Shown here piece by piece: positions 33,141 through 43,700 of a stretch of 64,000 bases of DNA (positions are counted from its first letter, which is position 1; each line of letters opens with the position of its first letter). Origin of the DNA: Ignavibacteriota bacterium (GTDB lineage Bacteria > Bacteroidota > Ignavibacteria > UBA10030); the NCBI GenBank assembly GCA_963727825.1, contig CAVSHO010000001.1:64001-128000 (forward strand), given 5' to 3'. Both the position numbers and the translations under genes were made by a program. The notes below the pieces were generated by a model that made no database searches, was not told the DNA's origin, and saw only the letters and a program-made list of their open reading frames with translations.

Positions 33141-35142
33141 TGGACAAAACGGACATGTTCGTATCGGATTTTACATTTGTCATTGCGGACACAACATCGC
33201 CAGTATCGTGGATGTGAAAGCAGTTGCAGATTATGTGAAGACACTCCCCGGCGTCGTTATCTCACAAGATTACAAATATATGTGCTCCGATCCGGGACAG
33301 GAACTTATCCAGAAAGATATTAAAGAACATTCTCTTAATCGCGTCATCGTGGCGTCTTGCTCACCGCTGTTGCATGAGCATACCTTCCGCACGGCAGTGG
33401 AAAAAAGTGGACTCAATCCGTATTACTTTCAGATGGTAAACATCCGCGAGGATGTTTCGTGGGTTCACACTGACATTAAAGCAGCGACAGAGAAAGCGAA
33501 GGACCTTGCACGCGCAGCAGTGCAGCGTGTTTTTTACCACAAAGCTCTGGAAACAAAGCATGTGAAGATTCATCCAGACGTGCTCGTTGTTGGTGGCGGC
33601 ATTGCTGGAATTCATGCGTCCCTTACACTTGCAAATGCCGGCAAAAAAGTTTATCTCGTGGAAAGAGATCCGACAATCGGCGGACATATGGCAATGTTCG
33701 ATAAAACATTTCCAACGCTTGACTGCGCTGCGTGCATTCTAACACCGAAAATGTCGCAGGTGAAAAATCATCCCAACATTACACTGTGGACATATTCAGA
33801 AGTATCAAAGGTAGATGGTTATGTTGGCAACTACAAAATTGCAGTCAAACGGAAGCCACGCTATATCAACGAAGAATTGTGTGTCGGCTGTATGGATTGC
33901 ATCGAAAAATGTGTCTATAAGGAAGGCAAGACACCTGACGAATTTAATATGGGGCTGAGCAAGAGGAAACCGATTTACATTCCATTCCCGCAGGCAACTC
34001 CGCAAATTGTTGTGATTGATCCGGAAACCTGTATCGAGTTTAAATCCGGTCGATGCAAAAAGACCTGCGTCGAAGTATGTGACCGTAAAGCAATTGACTT
34101 TAAGCAACAGGAAGAAATAAAAGAGATAGAAGTTGGTACAATTATTCTTACAACAGGATTTCAAACATTTGATGCAAACAGGACTCCATATTACGGCTAT
34201 GGAAGATATTCAAATGTCTACACGTCTCTTGAAGTTGAACGTCTTGTCAATGCTTCCGGCCCGACTACAGGTGAAGTAATTCTTCGCGATGGGCGCCAAC
34301 CCAAATCGATTGGTATTATCCATTGTGTTGGTTCGCGTGATAAAAACACGAATCGTTGGTGCTCGCGCACCTGCTGTATGTATTCACTCAAGCTGGCACA
34401 TCTTTTAAAAGAGCATACGAATGCGGAGGTATATAATTTCTACATCGATATGCGCACACCGGGCAAAGGGTATGAGGAATTTTATGACAAACTGCTTGAA
34501 GAGAACGTACACTTTATCCGCGGCCGTGTTGCAGAAGTAACCGATAGCGCAGTGCGCCCGGAAGAGGAAGGAAAGCTTATTATCCGTGCTGAAGACACAA
34601 TGATCGGTATTGTGCGTCGTGTACCGGTGGACATGGTCGTACTTGCTGTTGGAATGGAACCTCATGCAGATTCGCAAGATGTACGGCGGATGTTTAATAT
34701 TTCCTGTTCGACAGAAGGATTCTTCCTCGAACGCCATCCAAAACTTGCACCGGTTGATACTTTTACTGATGGTATTTACATTGCAGGTGCGTGCCAGGGA
34801 CCAAAAGATATTCCTGATACTGTCGCACAAGCGGGCGCTGCTGCTGCTCAAGTGCTTACACTCATCGATACTGGTGAGATTGAACTGGAGCCGAATACAG
34901 CTTTTGTCGTGCAAGAAGATTGTTCAGGCTGTCGTACGTGTCTCACGATATGTCCGTACAATGCTATTTCTCGTGATGAGGTAAAGCAAAAAGCATTCAT
35001 CAATGAAGCGCTCTGTAAAGGATGCGGCACATGCGTTGCTGCATGTCCATCGGGCGCGATCAAGCAGAATTTGTTTGAAGATGAAATGATCTTCAGCGAG
35101 ATTGACGGCTTATTGAATATGGGACAGAATGTATGCTGTTGA
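33130..35142 (+). CDS. hdrA: Heterodisulfide reductase subunit A (FAD, Fe-S)
   Basis: CHCG.NI, YMCSDPGQ, ASCSP, GGGIAG, DKTFPTLDC, HCVGSR, CSRTCC, ferredoxin motifs; start at MHG after AAAGGAG. Confidence 0.93.
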   Translation: MHGNGQNGHVRIGFYICHCGHNIASIVDVKAVADYVKTLPGVVISQDYKYMCSDPGQELIQKDIKEHSLNRVIVASCSPLLHEHTFRTAVEKSGLNPYYFQMVNIREDVSWVHTDIKAATEKAKDLARAAVQRVFYHKALETKHVKIHPDVLVVGGGIAGIHASLTLANAGKKVYLVERDPTIGGHMAMFDKTFPTLDCAACILTPKMSQVKNHPNITLWTYSEVSKVDGYVGNYKIAVKRKPRYINEELCVGCMDCIEKCVYKEGKTPDEFNMGLSKRKPIYIPFPQATPQIVVIDPETCIEFKSGRCKKTCVEVCDRKAIDFKQQEEIKEIEVGTIILTTGFQTFDANRTPYYGYGRYSNVYTSLEVERLVNASGPTTGEVILRDGRQPKSIGIIHCVGSRDKNTNRWCSRTCCMYSLKLAHLLKEHTNAEVYNFYIDMRTPGKGYEEFYDKLLEENVHFIRGRVAEVTDSAVRPEEEGKLIIRAEDTMIGIVRRVPVDMVVLAVGMEPHADSQDVRRMFNISCSTEGFFLERHPKLAPVDTFTDGIYIAGACQGPKDIPDTVAQAGAAAAQVLTLIDTGEIELEPNTAFVVQEDCSGCRTCLTICPYNAISRDEVKQKAFINEALCKGCGTCVAACPSGAIKQNLFEDEMIFSEIDGLLNMGQNVCC

Positions 35143-35167
35143 ATGTAACCTTGGAGAAGAATTAATT

Positions 35168-35687
35168 ATGTCAACAAAAATTGAACAAGAAAGAAATACA
35201 AACGGTTGGGAACCACGTATAATTGCTTTTTTCTGTAACTGGTGTACATATACTGCAGCAGACCTTGCTGGTGTATCGCGCTTACGCTATGAGCCAAATG
35301 CTCGAATTATTCGCGTCATGTGCTCTGGACGAATCGATCCACAATTCATTCTTGAAGCTTTTTCCAAAGGTGCAGATGGCGTTCTCATTGGCGGCTGTCA
35401 CCCCGGTGATTGTCATTATATGGAAGGGAATTACAAGGCGCTTCGCCGCGTCCAGCTTCTTAAACGAATGTTGAAAGACATGGGAATTGAAGAAAAGCGA
35501 TTTCGTCTTGAATGGATTTCCGCTTCTGAAGGCGAGCGTGTCAAGACAGTTATGAATGAAATGACAGAGCAAGTACGCGCACTCGGTCCGCTTGGATTAC
35601 CGAAAAAAAAAATTTGAGGAGTGGGACAAAGAAATGGAATTAATTGAACAAAAAGTCAATGGAGAGGAGGCAGCAGTCCATGCCTGA
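35168..35687 (+). CDS. mvhD: MvhD [2Fe-2S] subunit; core intact, tail frameshifted at an A10 tract (as written, ends at 35617)
   Basis: FCNWC, MCSGRIDP, GCHPGDCHY, WISASEG; +1 frame after A10 (35603-35612) reads FEEWDKEMELIEQKVNGEEAAVHA* and overlaps the mvhG start. Confidence 0.88.
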
Positions 35688-36645
35688 TAAACCGAAAGTA
35701 GCTTTCTATTGGTGTGCTTCCTGCGGTGGCTGCGAGGAATCAGTTGTTGATCTCGCTGAGAATATTCTGGATGTCGTTGCGGCAGTGGATATTGTGATGT
35801 GGCCTGTTGCTATGGATTTCAAGAAAAAAGATGTTGAAGCGATGGCTGATGGTTCGATCCTGGTCTCTATGGTCAATGGAGCAATACGTACATCAGAACA
35901 AGAAGAGATGGCAAAATTGATGCGGAAGAAAAGCAAGCTTATAATCGCCTATGGTTCATGCGCGCATATGGGAGGTATTCCGGGACTTGCCAATCAATTT
36001 CAACGTGAAGAAATCCTTCAATATATATTTGAAGAATCGCCTTCAACAGTGAATAAGGAAAAAATACGGCCGCAAATGAAATTTGAAACAAATGGCAATT
36101 CAGTTACTTTGCCAACATTTTTCAACGTTGTCCGCGCGCTTGATCAGGTAATCGATGTCGATTATTATTTACCAGGATGTCCGCCAACTTCAAAGTTGCT
36201 AAAGCAAGCACTTGAAGTACTTCTTTCTGGCAAATTACCGGAGAAAGGCGCTGTTCTTGCTCCGGATATAGCACTCTGCGATGAATGCCCGAAAAAAGAT
36301 ACGAAGCCAAGCGATTTGAAGTTCACGGAATTCAAACGTCCGCACTTGACACAAATCGATCCAAATACTTGTTTACTGGCACAAGGTATTGTCTGTATGG
36401 GACCGGCAACACGCGGCGGTTGCGAAGCGGTCTGTATTTCCGGTAATATGCCTTGCACGGGCTGTTTCGGCCCAACATCACGCGTAAAAGATCAAGGCGC
36501 AAAAATTCTTTCTGCTCTTGCATCGCAAATGGAAGCAAAAGATGAAAAAGAAATTGATGAGAAACTTGCATCAATTCCAGATCCAGTTGGTACATTTTAT
36601 CGGTATGGTTTGCCGGCATCAATCCTAAGAAGAAAAAATTTTTAA
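35680..36645 (+). CDS. mvhG: F420-non-reducing (group 3c) hydrogenase small subunit
   Basis: CASCGGC, GSCA..GG.PGL, PGCPP, CDECP, CMGPATRGGC, CTGCFGP; RBS GAGGAGG. Confidence 0.9.
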   Translation: MPDKPKVAFYWCASCGGCEESVVDLAENILDVVAAVDIVMWPVAMDFKKKDVEAMADGSILVSMVNGAIRTSEQEEMAKLMRKKSKLIIAYGSCAHMGGIPGLANQFQREEILQYIFEESPSTVNKEKIRPQMKFETNGNSVTLPTFFNVVRALDQVIDVDYYLPGCPPTSKLLKQALEVLLSGKLPEKGAVLAPDIALCDECPKKDTKPSDLKFTEFKRPHLTQIDPNTCLLAQGIVCMGPATRGGCEAVCISGNMPCTGCFGPTSRVKDQGAKILSALASQMEAKDEKEIDEKLASIPDPVGTFYRYGLPASILRRKNF

Positions 36646-36671
36646 GTACAAGTTGAAAATAAGGAATAGTC

Positions 36672-38150
36672 ATGGATGCATCCGCTACAAAGACACGACG
36701 TATAACGATTGATCCGATCACGCGACTTGAAGGTCATGGGAAGATTGATATCTTTCTCGATGACCAAGGTGAAGTGACGAAGGCATATTATCAGATCCCA
36801 GAATTGCGTGGATTCGAGATTTTTTCTAAGGGACGTCCCGCCGAAGATATGCCGCAAATTACCAGCCGTATTTGCGGTGTTTGCCCAACGGCACACCATA
36901 TGGCTGGAACGAAAGCGTTAGACGATCTCTATAAAGTAGATCCACCGCCTGCAGCAAAGAAAATCCGCGAGTTGATTTACAACCTCTTTATACTCGAAGA
37001 CCATGCACTGCATGTGTATATACTCGGTGGTCCAGACTTTATCGTTGGGCCGGATGCGCCAAAAGAACTGCGCAACATCGTCGGTGTGATTGGCAAAGTT
37101 GGAGTCGATGTTGGTAAGAAGGTGATCTCGATGCGTCGTCAATTGCGTGAGCTCATTAGTTACCTCGGCGGCAAAGTGATTCATCCGGTCTTCGGTTTGC
37201 CAGGCGGTGTGGCAAAAGGAATTGCTCCGGAAGATTTGCCTAAGTTTAAAGAAGTGGCAAAAGACGGACTCGAGTTTGCGAAGTTCACGCTTCAAGTATT
37301 CAAAGATATCGTACTAAAGAACGATAAATACGTCAAGATGATCACATCCGATACATATACTCATAAAACATACTATATGGGGTTAGTGGATGAAAACAAT
37401 AAAGTAAATTTCTATGATGGTAAGGTGCGGGTAATCGATCCAAGCGGAAAGGAATTCATCAAGTTTGCGCCCCAACAATATCTCGATCACATTGCAGAAC
37501 AGGTTGAGCCTTGGAGTTATGTGAAGTTTCCTTACCTCAAGACAATAGGATGGAAAGGATTTATCGATGGAGCCGAGAGCGGCGTGTATTCTGTTGCTCC
37601 TTTGGCACGTCTCAATGCATCCGATGGTATGGCAACTGCCGAAGCTCAAAAGGCATGCGATGAACTCTACAAAACTCTTGGTGGAAAGCCGGTGCATATG
37701 ACACTTGCTAATCATTGGGCGCGTGTTGTGGAGATGTTGCAAGCTGCAGAAAAATGCATTGAACTCGTGAATGATATTGAAATCACAAGCAAAGATATTC
37801 GCACTATTCCGACAAAAACGCCAACCATTGGAATCGGTATTGTTGAGGCGCCGCGCGGTACGCTCATCCATCATTACGAAACGGATGAACGTGGATTGAT
37901 AACAAAAGTGAATTTGATTGTTGCTACTGCGCATAACGGCGCACGTATTGCTATGGGTGTTGATAAAGCAGCGAAAGGGCTTATACGCGGCGGAAAAGTA
38001 AATGACGGCCTTTTGAATATGGTTGAAATGGCATTCCGCGCATACGATCCATGTAATGCCTGTGCGACGCATTCGTTACCAGGTGAGATGCCCTTACTTA
38101 TTAGCATCCGCGATAAACAAGGCAATCTGATTAATGAATTGAAGCGATAA
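36672..38150 (+). CDS. mvhA: Group 3c [NiFe] hydrogenase large subunit
   Basis: DPITRLEGHG, ELRGFE, RICGVCP, EAPRGTL, YDPCNACATH with 25-aa extension. Confidence 0.92.
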   Translation: MDASATKTRRITIDPITRLEGHGKIDIFLDDQGEVTKAYYQIPELRGFEIFSKGRPAEDMPQITSRICGVCPTAHHMAGTKALDDLYKVDPPPAAKKIRELIYNLFILEDHALHVYILGGPDFIVGPDAPKELRNIVGVIGKVGVDVGKKVISMRRQLRELISYLGGKVIHPVFGLPGGVAKGIAPEDLPKFKEVAKDGLEFAKFTLQVFKDIVLKNDKYVKMITSDTYTHKTYYMGLVDENNKVNFYDGKVRVIDPSGKEFIKFAPQQYLDHIAEQVEPWSYVKFPYLKTIGWKGFIDGAESGVYSVAPLARLNASDGMATAEAQKACDELYKTLGGKPVHMTLANHWARVVEMLQAAEKCIELVNDIEITSKDIRTIPTKTPTIGIGIVEAPRGTLIHHYETDERGLITKVNLIVATAHNGARIAMGVDKAAKGLIRGGKVNDGLLNMVEMAFRAYDPCNACATHSLPGEMPLLISIRDKQGNLINELKR

Positions 38151-38234
38151 TATTTTTGAAACTATAGACATTTAATATCTCTTGGCGTTGCATTTTAAGA
38201 GTTTAAGAAATAAGTACAAATTGGAGTTCTAAAA

Positions 38235-39458
38235 ATGATAAAGAAATCTATATTCGTTATTTTGTTTTTGCACTTGGCAACAGCGCAATTGTATGCTCAG
38301 CCGGAGCGTCGCGACAAGGCGGTGTTCACAGAACCAAAGAATGAGTTTTGGGATTCTATCAAGACGACACTTGATAAATTCTATAAAAAGGATTCAGTTA
38401 AGAAACTGCAGGTAGATTTTAGTCAATTCAATCCGCCAAAATCCGTAGATGAATTCACAAATTACTGGCATAACAAACCGGTATCACAAGCTGTCTCCGG
38501 TATGTGCTGGTGCTTTTCCACAACATCATTTTTCGAATCAGAAATATTCCGGTTAAGCAAGCGCGAGATCAAACTCTCCGAACTTTATACTGTGTATTGG
38601 GAATACGTTGAAAAGGCACGAGGGTTTGTTCGGGCACTAGGTAATCAGGAGTTCGGTGAGGGATCAGAGTCGGATGCAGTGATACGTATATGGAAGAATC
38701 ATGGTATTGTTCCTGCAGATGCGTACACCGGGTTGCTCAATGGTCAACCTTTTCACGATCACTCGAAAATGTTTGCGGAATTGGATTCATTTCTTAAATC
38801 CCTTAAAGCCTCAAACAGTTGGGATGAAGATGCAGCAGAGCGTAACGTTAAATCTATTCTTAATTATTACATCGGTGCACCGCCGGAAAAGATCCTTGTT
38901 GGCAACAAAGAAATGACACCCAAGGAATATTTGGAAAAGGTTGTTAAATTAAATCTGGATGAGTATGTGGAACTTATTTCTCTTGCCGATCGCCCATATT
39001 ATACATGGGTAGAATATGACGTACCGGATAATTGGTGGCATAGCAAAAACTATTTCAATGTTCCATTGAACGATTTTATGACTACGGTGAAAAGTGCCAT
39101 TCGCTCGGGATATACAGAAGCCATCGGCGGCGACGTTTCGGAACCCGGTATCGATGGTAATGCTGGTATTGCCGTTGTGCCGACTTTTGATATTCCGTCG
39201 CAATACATTGATGAAAATGCGCGCATTTTTCGATTTAAGAATGGTACTACCGGAGATGACCATGGCATTCACCTTGTCGGTTACACACAGAAAGATTGTA
39301 CAGATTGGTATCTCATAAAGGATTCAGGCTCTGGCTCACGTAATAATTCGCATCCTGGATATTTCTTTTTTCATGAAGATTATGTGAAATTGAAAATGCT
39401 CGGAGTAATGCTGCCAAAAAGCGCTATGCCTGAACTTGCGAAGAAAATGGAGAAATAA
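38235..39458 (+). CDS. Secreted C1-family cysteine aminopeptidase (PepC/bleomycin hydrolase-like)
   Basis: Signal peptide; Q..SGMCWCFS, DDHGIHLVG, WYLIKDSG. Confidence 0.85.
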   Translation: MIKKSIFVILFLHLATAQLYAQPERRDKAVFTEPKNEFWDSIKTTLDKFYKKDSVKKLQVDFSQFNPPKSVDEFTNYWHNKPVSQAVSGMCWCFSTTSFFESEIFRLSKREIKLSELYTVYWEYVEKARGFVRALGNQEFGEGSESDAVIRIWKNHGIVPADAYTGLLNGQPFHDHSKMFAELDSFLKSLKASNSWDEDAAERNVKSILNYYIGAPPEKILVGNKEMTPKEYLEKVVKLNLDEYVELISLADRPYYTWVEYDVPDNWWHSKNYFNVPLNDFMTTVKSAIRSGYTEAIGGDVSEPGIDGNAGIAVVPTFDIPSQYIDENARIFRFKNGTTGDDHGIHLVGYTQKDCTDWYLIKDSGSGSRNNSHPGYFFFHEDYVKLKMLGVMLPKSAMPELAKKMEK

Positions 39459-39487
39459 GAGCTCAAAACTTATAAATGCGGACAGCA

Positions 39488-39512
39488 AATGCCGGATGAT
39501 GAGTCCGGCATT
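39488..39512. terminator. Hairpin between convergent peptidase and hypE genes
   Basis: AATGCCGGA-N7-TCCGGCATT. Confidence 0.5.
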
Positions 39513-39539
39513 CTGCGTTTAAATCGTGGGATTGTTACA

Positions 39540-40604
39540 TTAGCATATTCTTGGCAGTTGTTCGCCGGAAAGCATATCTACCACACGCGAACCACCAATT
39601 CGCGTTTTCATAATCACAGTGCTGGGATGATTGGCAACAACCTCGCCGATTATAACAGCATTTTTTCCAAACGGATGCGCGCGCATTGCTGCCAGTACCT
39701 TATCTGCGGCTGTTGGAGAGGTAAACGCAAGAAGCTTGCCTTCATTTGCCACGTATAGCGGATCGAAGCCGAGAATTTCGCAAGCACCCTTAACTTCATC
39801 AGATACAGGTATTAGATCTTCAAAAATAGTTATTCCAATATCAGCGCTCTCAGCAATTTCGTTTAGCACGGATGCGACGCCGCCGCGCGTCGGGTCGCGA
39901 AGAACATGAATTTCCTGGCTTGCCTCGAACATCGTCTCTACTAATCCGTTGAGTGGCGCACAGTCGCTTTCAATCTGAGTGTCAAATTCCAATCCTTCTC
40001 GAACAGACATGATGGCGATTCCATGATCGGCAATTGTTCCGCTTAAAATAATTTTATCGCCTAATTTCGCATGCCGAGGATTGATATCAACACCATCTGA
40101 AATAATACCAATACCAGAAGTATTGATAAAGATTTTATCCCCTTTGTTGCGATCGACCACTTTTGTGTCACCAGTAACGAGTTTGACCCCAGCTGCCTCT
40201 GCTGCGGTTTCCATCGAAAGCACAATGCGCCACAATTCTTCCATTGGCAATCCTTCTTCAATAATAAATGCGGAAGAAAGATAAAGCGGGCGTGCGCCAC
40301 ACATTGAAAGATCATTCACGGTTCCGTTCACGGCGAGCTTGCCAATATCTCCGCCGGGAAAGAAAATTGGATTGATGACGTATGAATCAGTAGAAAATGC
40401 TAATCGTGCTCCTCCGACAGAAAAGATCGCGCCATCGTGCAGCGGCTCTATCAATTCATTTTTAAATTGTGACGCAAACATGTCCTTGATCAACTGGTGC
40501 GAAAGCTTTCCTCCTCCACCATGTGCCAGCAGAACATTCTTGTATTCCATAATTGGCAACGGACAAGCAAAGCCATTGCTCAAGTCTATCTTTTTTTCAT
40601 TCAT
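39540..40604 (-). CDS. hypE: Hydrogenase maturation protein HypE
   Basis: LAHGGGG, FFPGGDIG, GDTKVV, RDPTRGG, ANEG, terminal LPRIC. Confidence 0.97.
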   Translation of the reverse strand: MNEKKIDLSNGFACPLPIMEYKNVLLAHGGGGKLSHQLIKDMFASQFKNELIEPLHDGAIFSVGGARLAFSTDSYVINPIFFPGGDIGKLAVNGTVNDLSMCGARPLYLSSAFIIEEGLPMEELWRIVLSMETAAEAAGVKLVTGDTKVVDRNKGDKIFINTSGIGIISDGVDINPRHAKLGDKIILSGTIADHGIAIMSVREGLEFDTQIESDCAPLNGLVETMFEASQEIHVLRDPTRGGVASVLNEIAESADIGITIFEDLIPVSDEVKGACEILGFDPLYVANEGKLLAFTSPTAADKVLAAMRAHPFGKNAVIIGEVVANHPSTVIMKTRIGGSRVVDMLSGEQLPRIC

Positions 40605-40675
40605 CGGTTTTATTTTTGTTGTTACCGCGGTGATTATTTATTCTCTATGGGATTATGTACTCCTACGCTTGCATC

Positions 40676-40742
40676 GTCATTCCCATCCCGACAAAGTCGG
40701 GAGGAATCCAGAACAATAGACTCCCGCGTACGCGGGAATGAC
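40676..40742. repeat. REP-like palindromic element (GTCATTCCC...GGGAATGAC type)
   Basis: Terminal IR GTCATTCCC/GGGAATGAC; internal hairpins TCCCGAC-AAA-GTCGGGA and TCCCGCGTACGCGGGA. Confidence 0.75.
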
Positions 40743-40773
40743 AGAATACCTTGCTGCTTGCGGCGATGATTGT

Positions 40774-43700
40774 CTATTTCTTTTCAAGCACCTTTCTAAT
40801 CTTTGCGAGCACTTCTTCTATGATATAAGGCTTTTGTAGAAACCCCAGTACGCCGGCACTTTCCAATTTCGCCTTAACGTCCGGCTCAAAATATCCGCTG
40901 GCTAATATCATCTTTACTGCAGGGTTTATTTCTTTGAGTTTTTTAAATTCAGCTTCGCCCGATAGTTTTGGCAAGCCCATATCACTGATAACGAGTGCAA
41001 TCTCATGTGCATGCTGGTTATATATATCCACTGCTTCCATACCGTTCTTTGCCGTTAGAACAGTATAACCGTGTGATTCAAGAAGAAGTTGTACCATATC
41101 GAGCATCAAGTCTTCATCTTCTACAATAAGAAGGGTCTCGGTTCCACCGTGAACTAAACCTTCCTCCTTACCAGCTTCGAGTGTCGGAATGCTTTCCTTT
41201 GGAACTGGCAAATATAAATGGAAGGTCGTTCCGCTCCCGACTGTGCTTTCGACATCCACGAACCCATGATGAGCTTGAATAACACCATACACTACAGAAA
41301 GTCCCAATCCTGTTCCTTTGCCTTTCTCTTTTGTTGTGAAGAACGGGTCAAAAATTCTATTGCGAGTCGTTTCATCCATCCCCGTACCTGTATCAGATAC
41401 AGTTATGCAGATATATAGCTGTTCATTTGCCGCTGGGAAACGTTCAAGCAACTTATCACCTGCTGTCGTATCTGCAGTGATTGTTATAACACCTCCATTG
41501 GGCATAGCATCCCGCGCGTTAACGCATAGATTGAGCAATGTCTGATGGATTTGTGTGTGATCGGCATTGATCATCGGAAGCTGTTTTTCTATTTCTTTGT
41601 TGAATGTGATAATTTTTGGGAATGTCTGTTGCAGCATCGAAACAAGTTCTCGCGTAAGATCAGGAACGTCCAATGGTTCGAATGCAATTTCAGCTTTGCG
41701 GGCAAAAGTAAGAATTTGCCTGACCAGTGCTGCAGCACGATCGATTGTTTGTTTGATAGCGTTCACACTATCTGAAAATTTCTGTGGATTATCCTTTATC
41801 GAGGGAAGGATGGATGTGTATCCGAGAATGATTCCAAGAATATTATTGAAATCGTGCGCAATTCCGCCGGCGAGTGTGCCAATGCTAAGCATCTTTTGAG
41901 ATTGCACCAACTCTTGCTGAAGTTTCTTTTGTTCTGTAATGTCTTGGAAAACTTCCAGCATTGCCTTGCGTCCTTCGTACATCATACCAACATGACTGAT
42001 TTGGAAAGTTTTACCGCCTAAGACGCCCGTTGTTTCAATAACACCTGGTTTCCCAAATGATATTCCTCTCTTCAACGGACAGTCTTGGCATTGCTGGTTG
42101 TCGTCTTTGTACACCTGCCAGCAACACATATCTACCGCATCAACTGTAAGCATTTCCTTCATAGTATTACTGACAAAAAGAATATTTCCTTCTTCATCAA
42201 CAATGTTCATTCCGAATGGCATTGTCTGAATGAGCATGATCGTTAAAGGCATGCGTTTGACGAAGCGATTCTTCTGCCATCCGGCGTTGAGTGAGATCGG
42301 AGAAGAAAGCAATTGTGTGCTCACTCGTCAATACGAACGTAGACTCGATGTACTTCGTTGAGCCGTCCTTGCATGTGATGACGGATTCCATCGGTTGAGG
42401 TTCATGGTTTTCTCTTTGTGCCCATTCAATGGAAGTGCGCCAAGCTTCTTCAATCTGACTCCGATATTCTTCCCGCGGATATGCGATAGGCCACCATGCA
42501 CTCAAGGATGGTACATCAGCTTGTTCATACCCAAAGAGCTCAGTAAAACTATGGCTGACGTACTCAATGGTTTGATTCTTTCCGGAGAACACAGCATTAG
42601 CGACAGGTGAAAACTCTACTAATGTTTTAAAAAGTCCTTCACTTTGCACCAAAGCTTCTTCTACTTCTTTACGTTCTGTAATATCCTCGATCATAGCGAT
42701 AAAATGCAAAATCCGGTTACTATTATCACGAATAGCTGTAATAGTTGCTGCTCCCCAGACGGCTCGTTTGTCTTTTCGCATGTAGCGCTTCTCGGTATGA
42801 TAAATGGGAATATCTCCAACGGAAAGTTTTTTCATTGCTTCTGAGTCTTGCGTTATATATTCCGGATGTGTAATATCTTTGAAGGTGAGCGAAGTTAATT
42901 CATTTTCCTCATAATCCATCATTCTGCAAAAAGCTGCATTGGCTTTAATAAATTTAAAGTCTGTGCCAGAAGTCGCCATTCCGAGCGGGCCTTCTTCAAA
43001 TATTCTTCTGAAGCGCTCTTCACTTTCCTTCAAGAATTCTTCTGCACGCTTGCGATCGGTAATATCTATGACAATCCCGCTCAAGCCCACAGGTTTATTT
43101 TTCTGCATAATTCTATTTGCATAGAGAGCTGCTGGAAACGTACTGCCGTCTTTCTTGATTATTAAGTATTCTTGCTCTCCTATTTCTTCTCCATTCAAAC
43201 GCTTCCGCATATTCTCTAATGCTCTGTTTTTATCTTGCGGATCAAATATTTGAACAGCATTGAACCCTTTAGCAATATCATCTTCTGTGTATCCCGCAAT
43301 TGTAAATCCTTGACGATTGATGAATGTCACATTCCCCTTTTCATCTGTCTCAAAAATAATTTGTGGTAATAAAGTGGATAGATTTCTAAACCTCTCTTCG
43401 CTTTTACGTATTATCTCATCTGCTTGTTTGCGTTCAGTTATATCCCGAATAATGCTTTGATAGAATTTCTTTTCATCAACCTTAATAAATCGTGAACTGA
43501 TTTCAGCGGGGAATACTGTGCCGTCTTTTCGCCTGTGTTCTGCCTCATATATTAACCCGCCTCGCTCTTCAACCTGTCTCATTTGTTTTTCATCCTGAGA
43601 ACTAGTTTTTTGTGAAAGGAGATCGTAGATACGCAATTTTGCAAACTCTTCCCTTGTATAACCGTAAACCTTGCAGGCCTGGTCGTTTGCTTCTACGATC

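Noticed and set aside
37383-38072. 229-aa antisense ORF (and others such as 58239-58775, 34405-34914, 60521-60970)
   Set aside because: Shadows of well-conserved genes on the opposite strand, with no recognisable motifs.
31600-38150. Selenocysteine recoding in Hdr/Mvh, or evidence of methanogenesis
   Set aside because: Ligand positions are Cys in open frames; no mcr/mtr genes; the context is bacterial.
42239-42324. N-terminus of the 516-aa ORF (MSTQLLSS...) as a real protein start
   Set aside because: It is the alternative frame of the upstream kinase half; domain-like sequence starts only at MLIQTMPFG.
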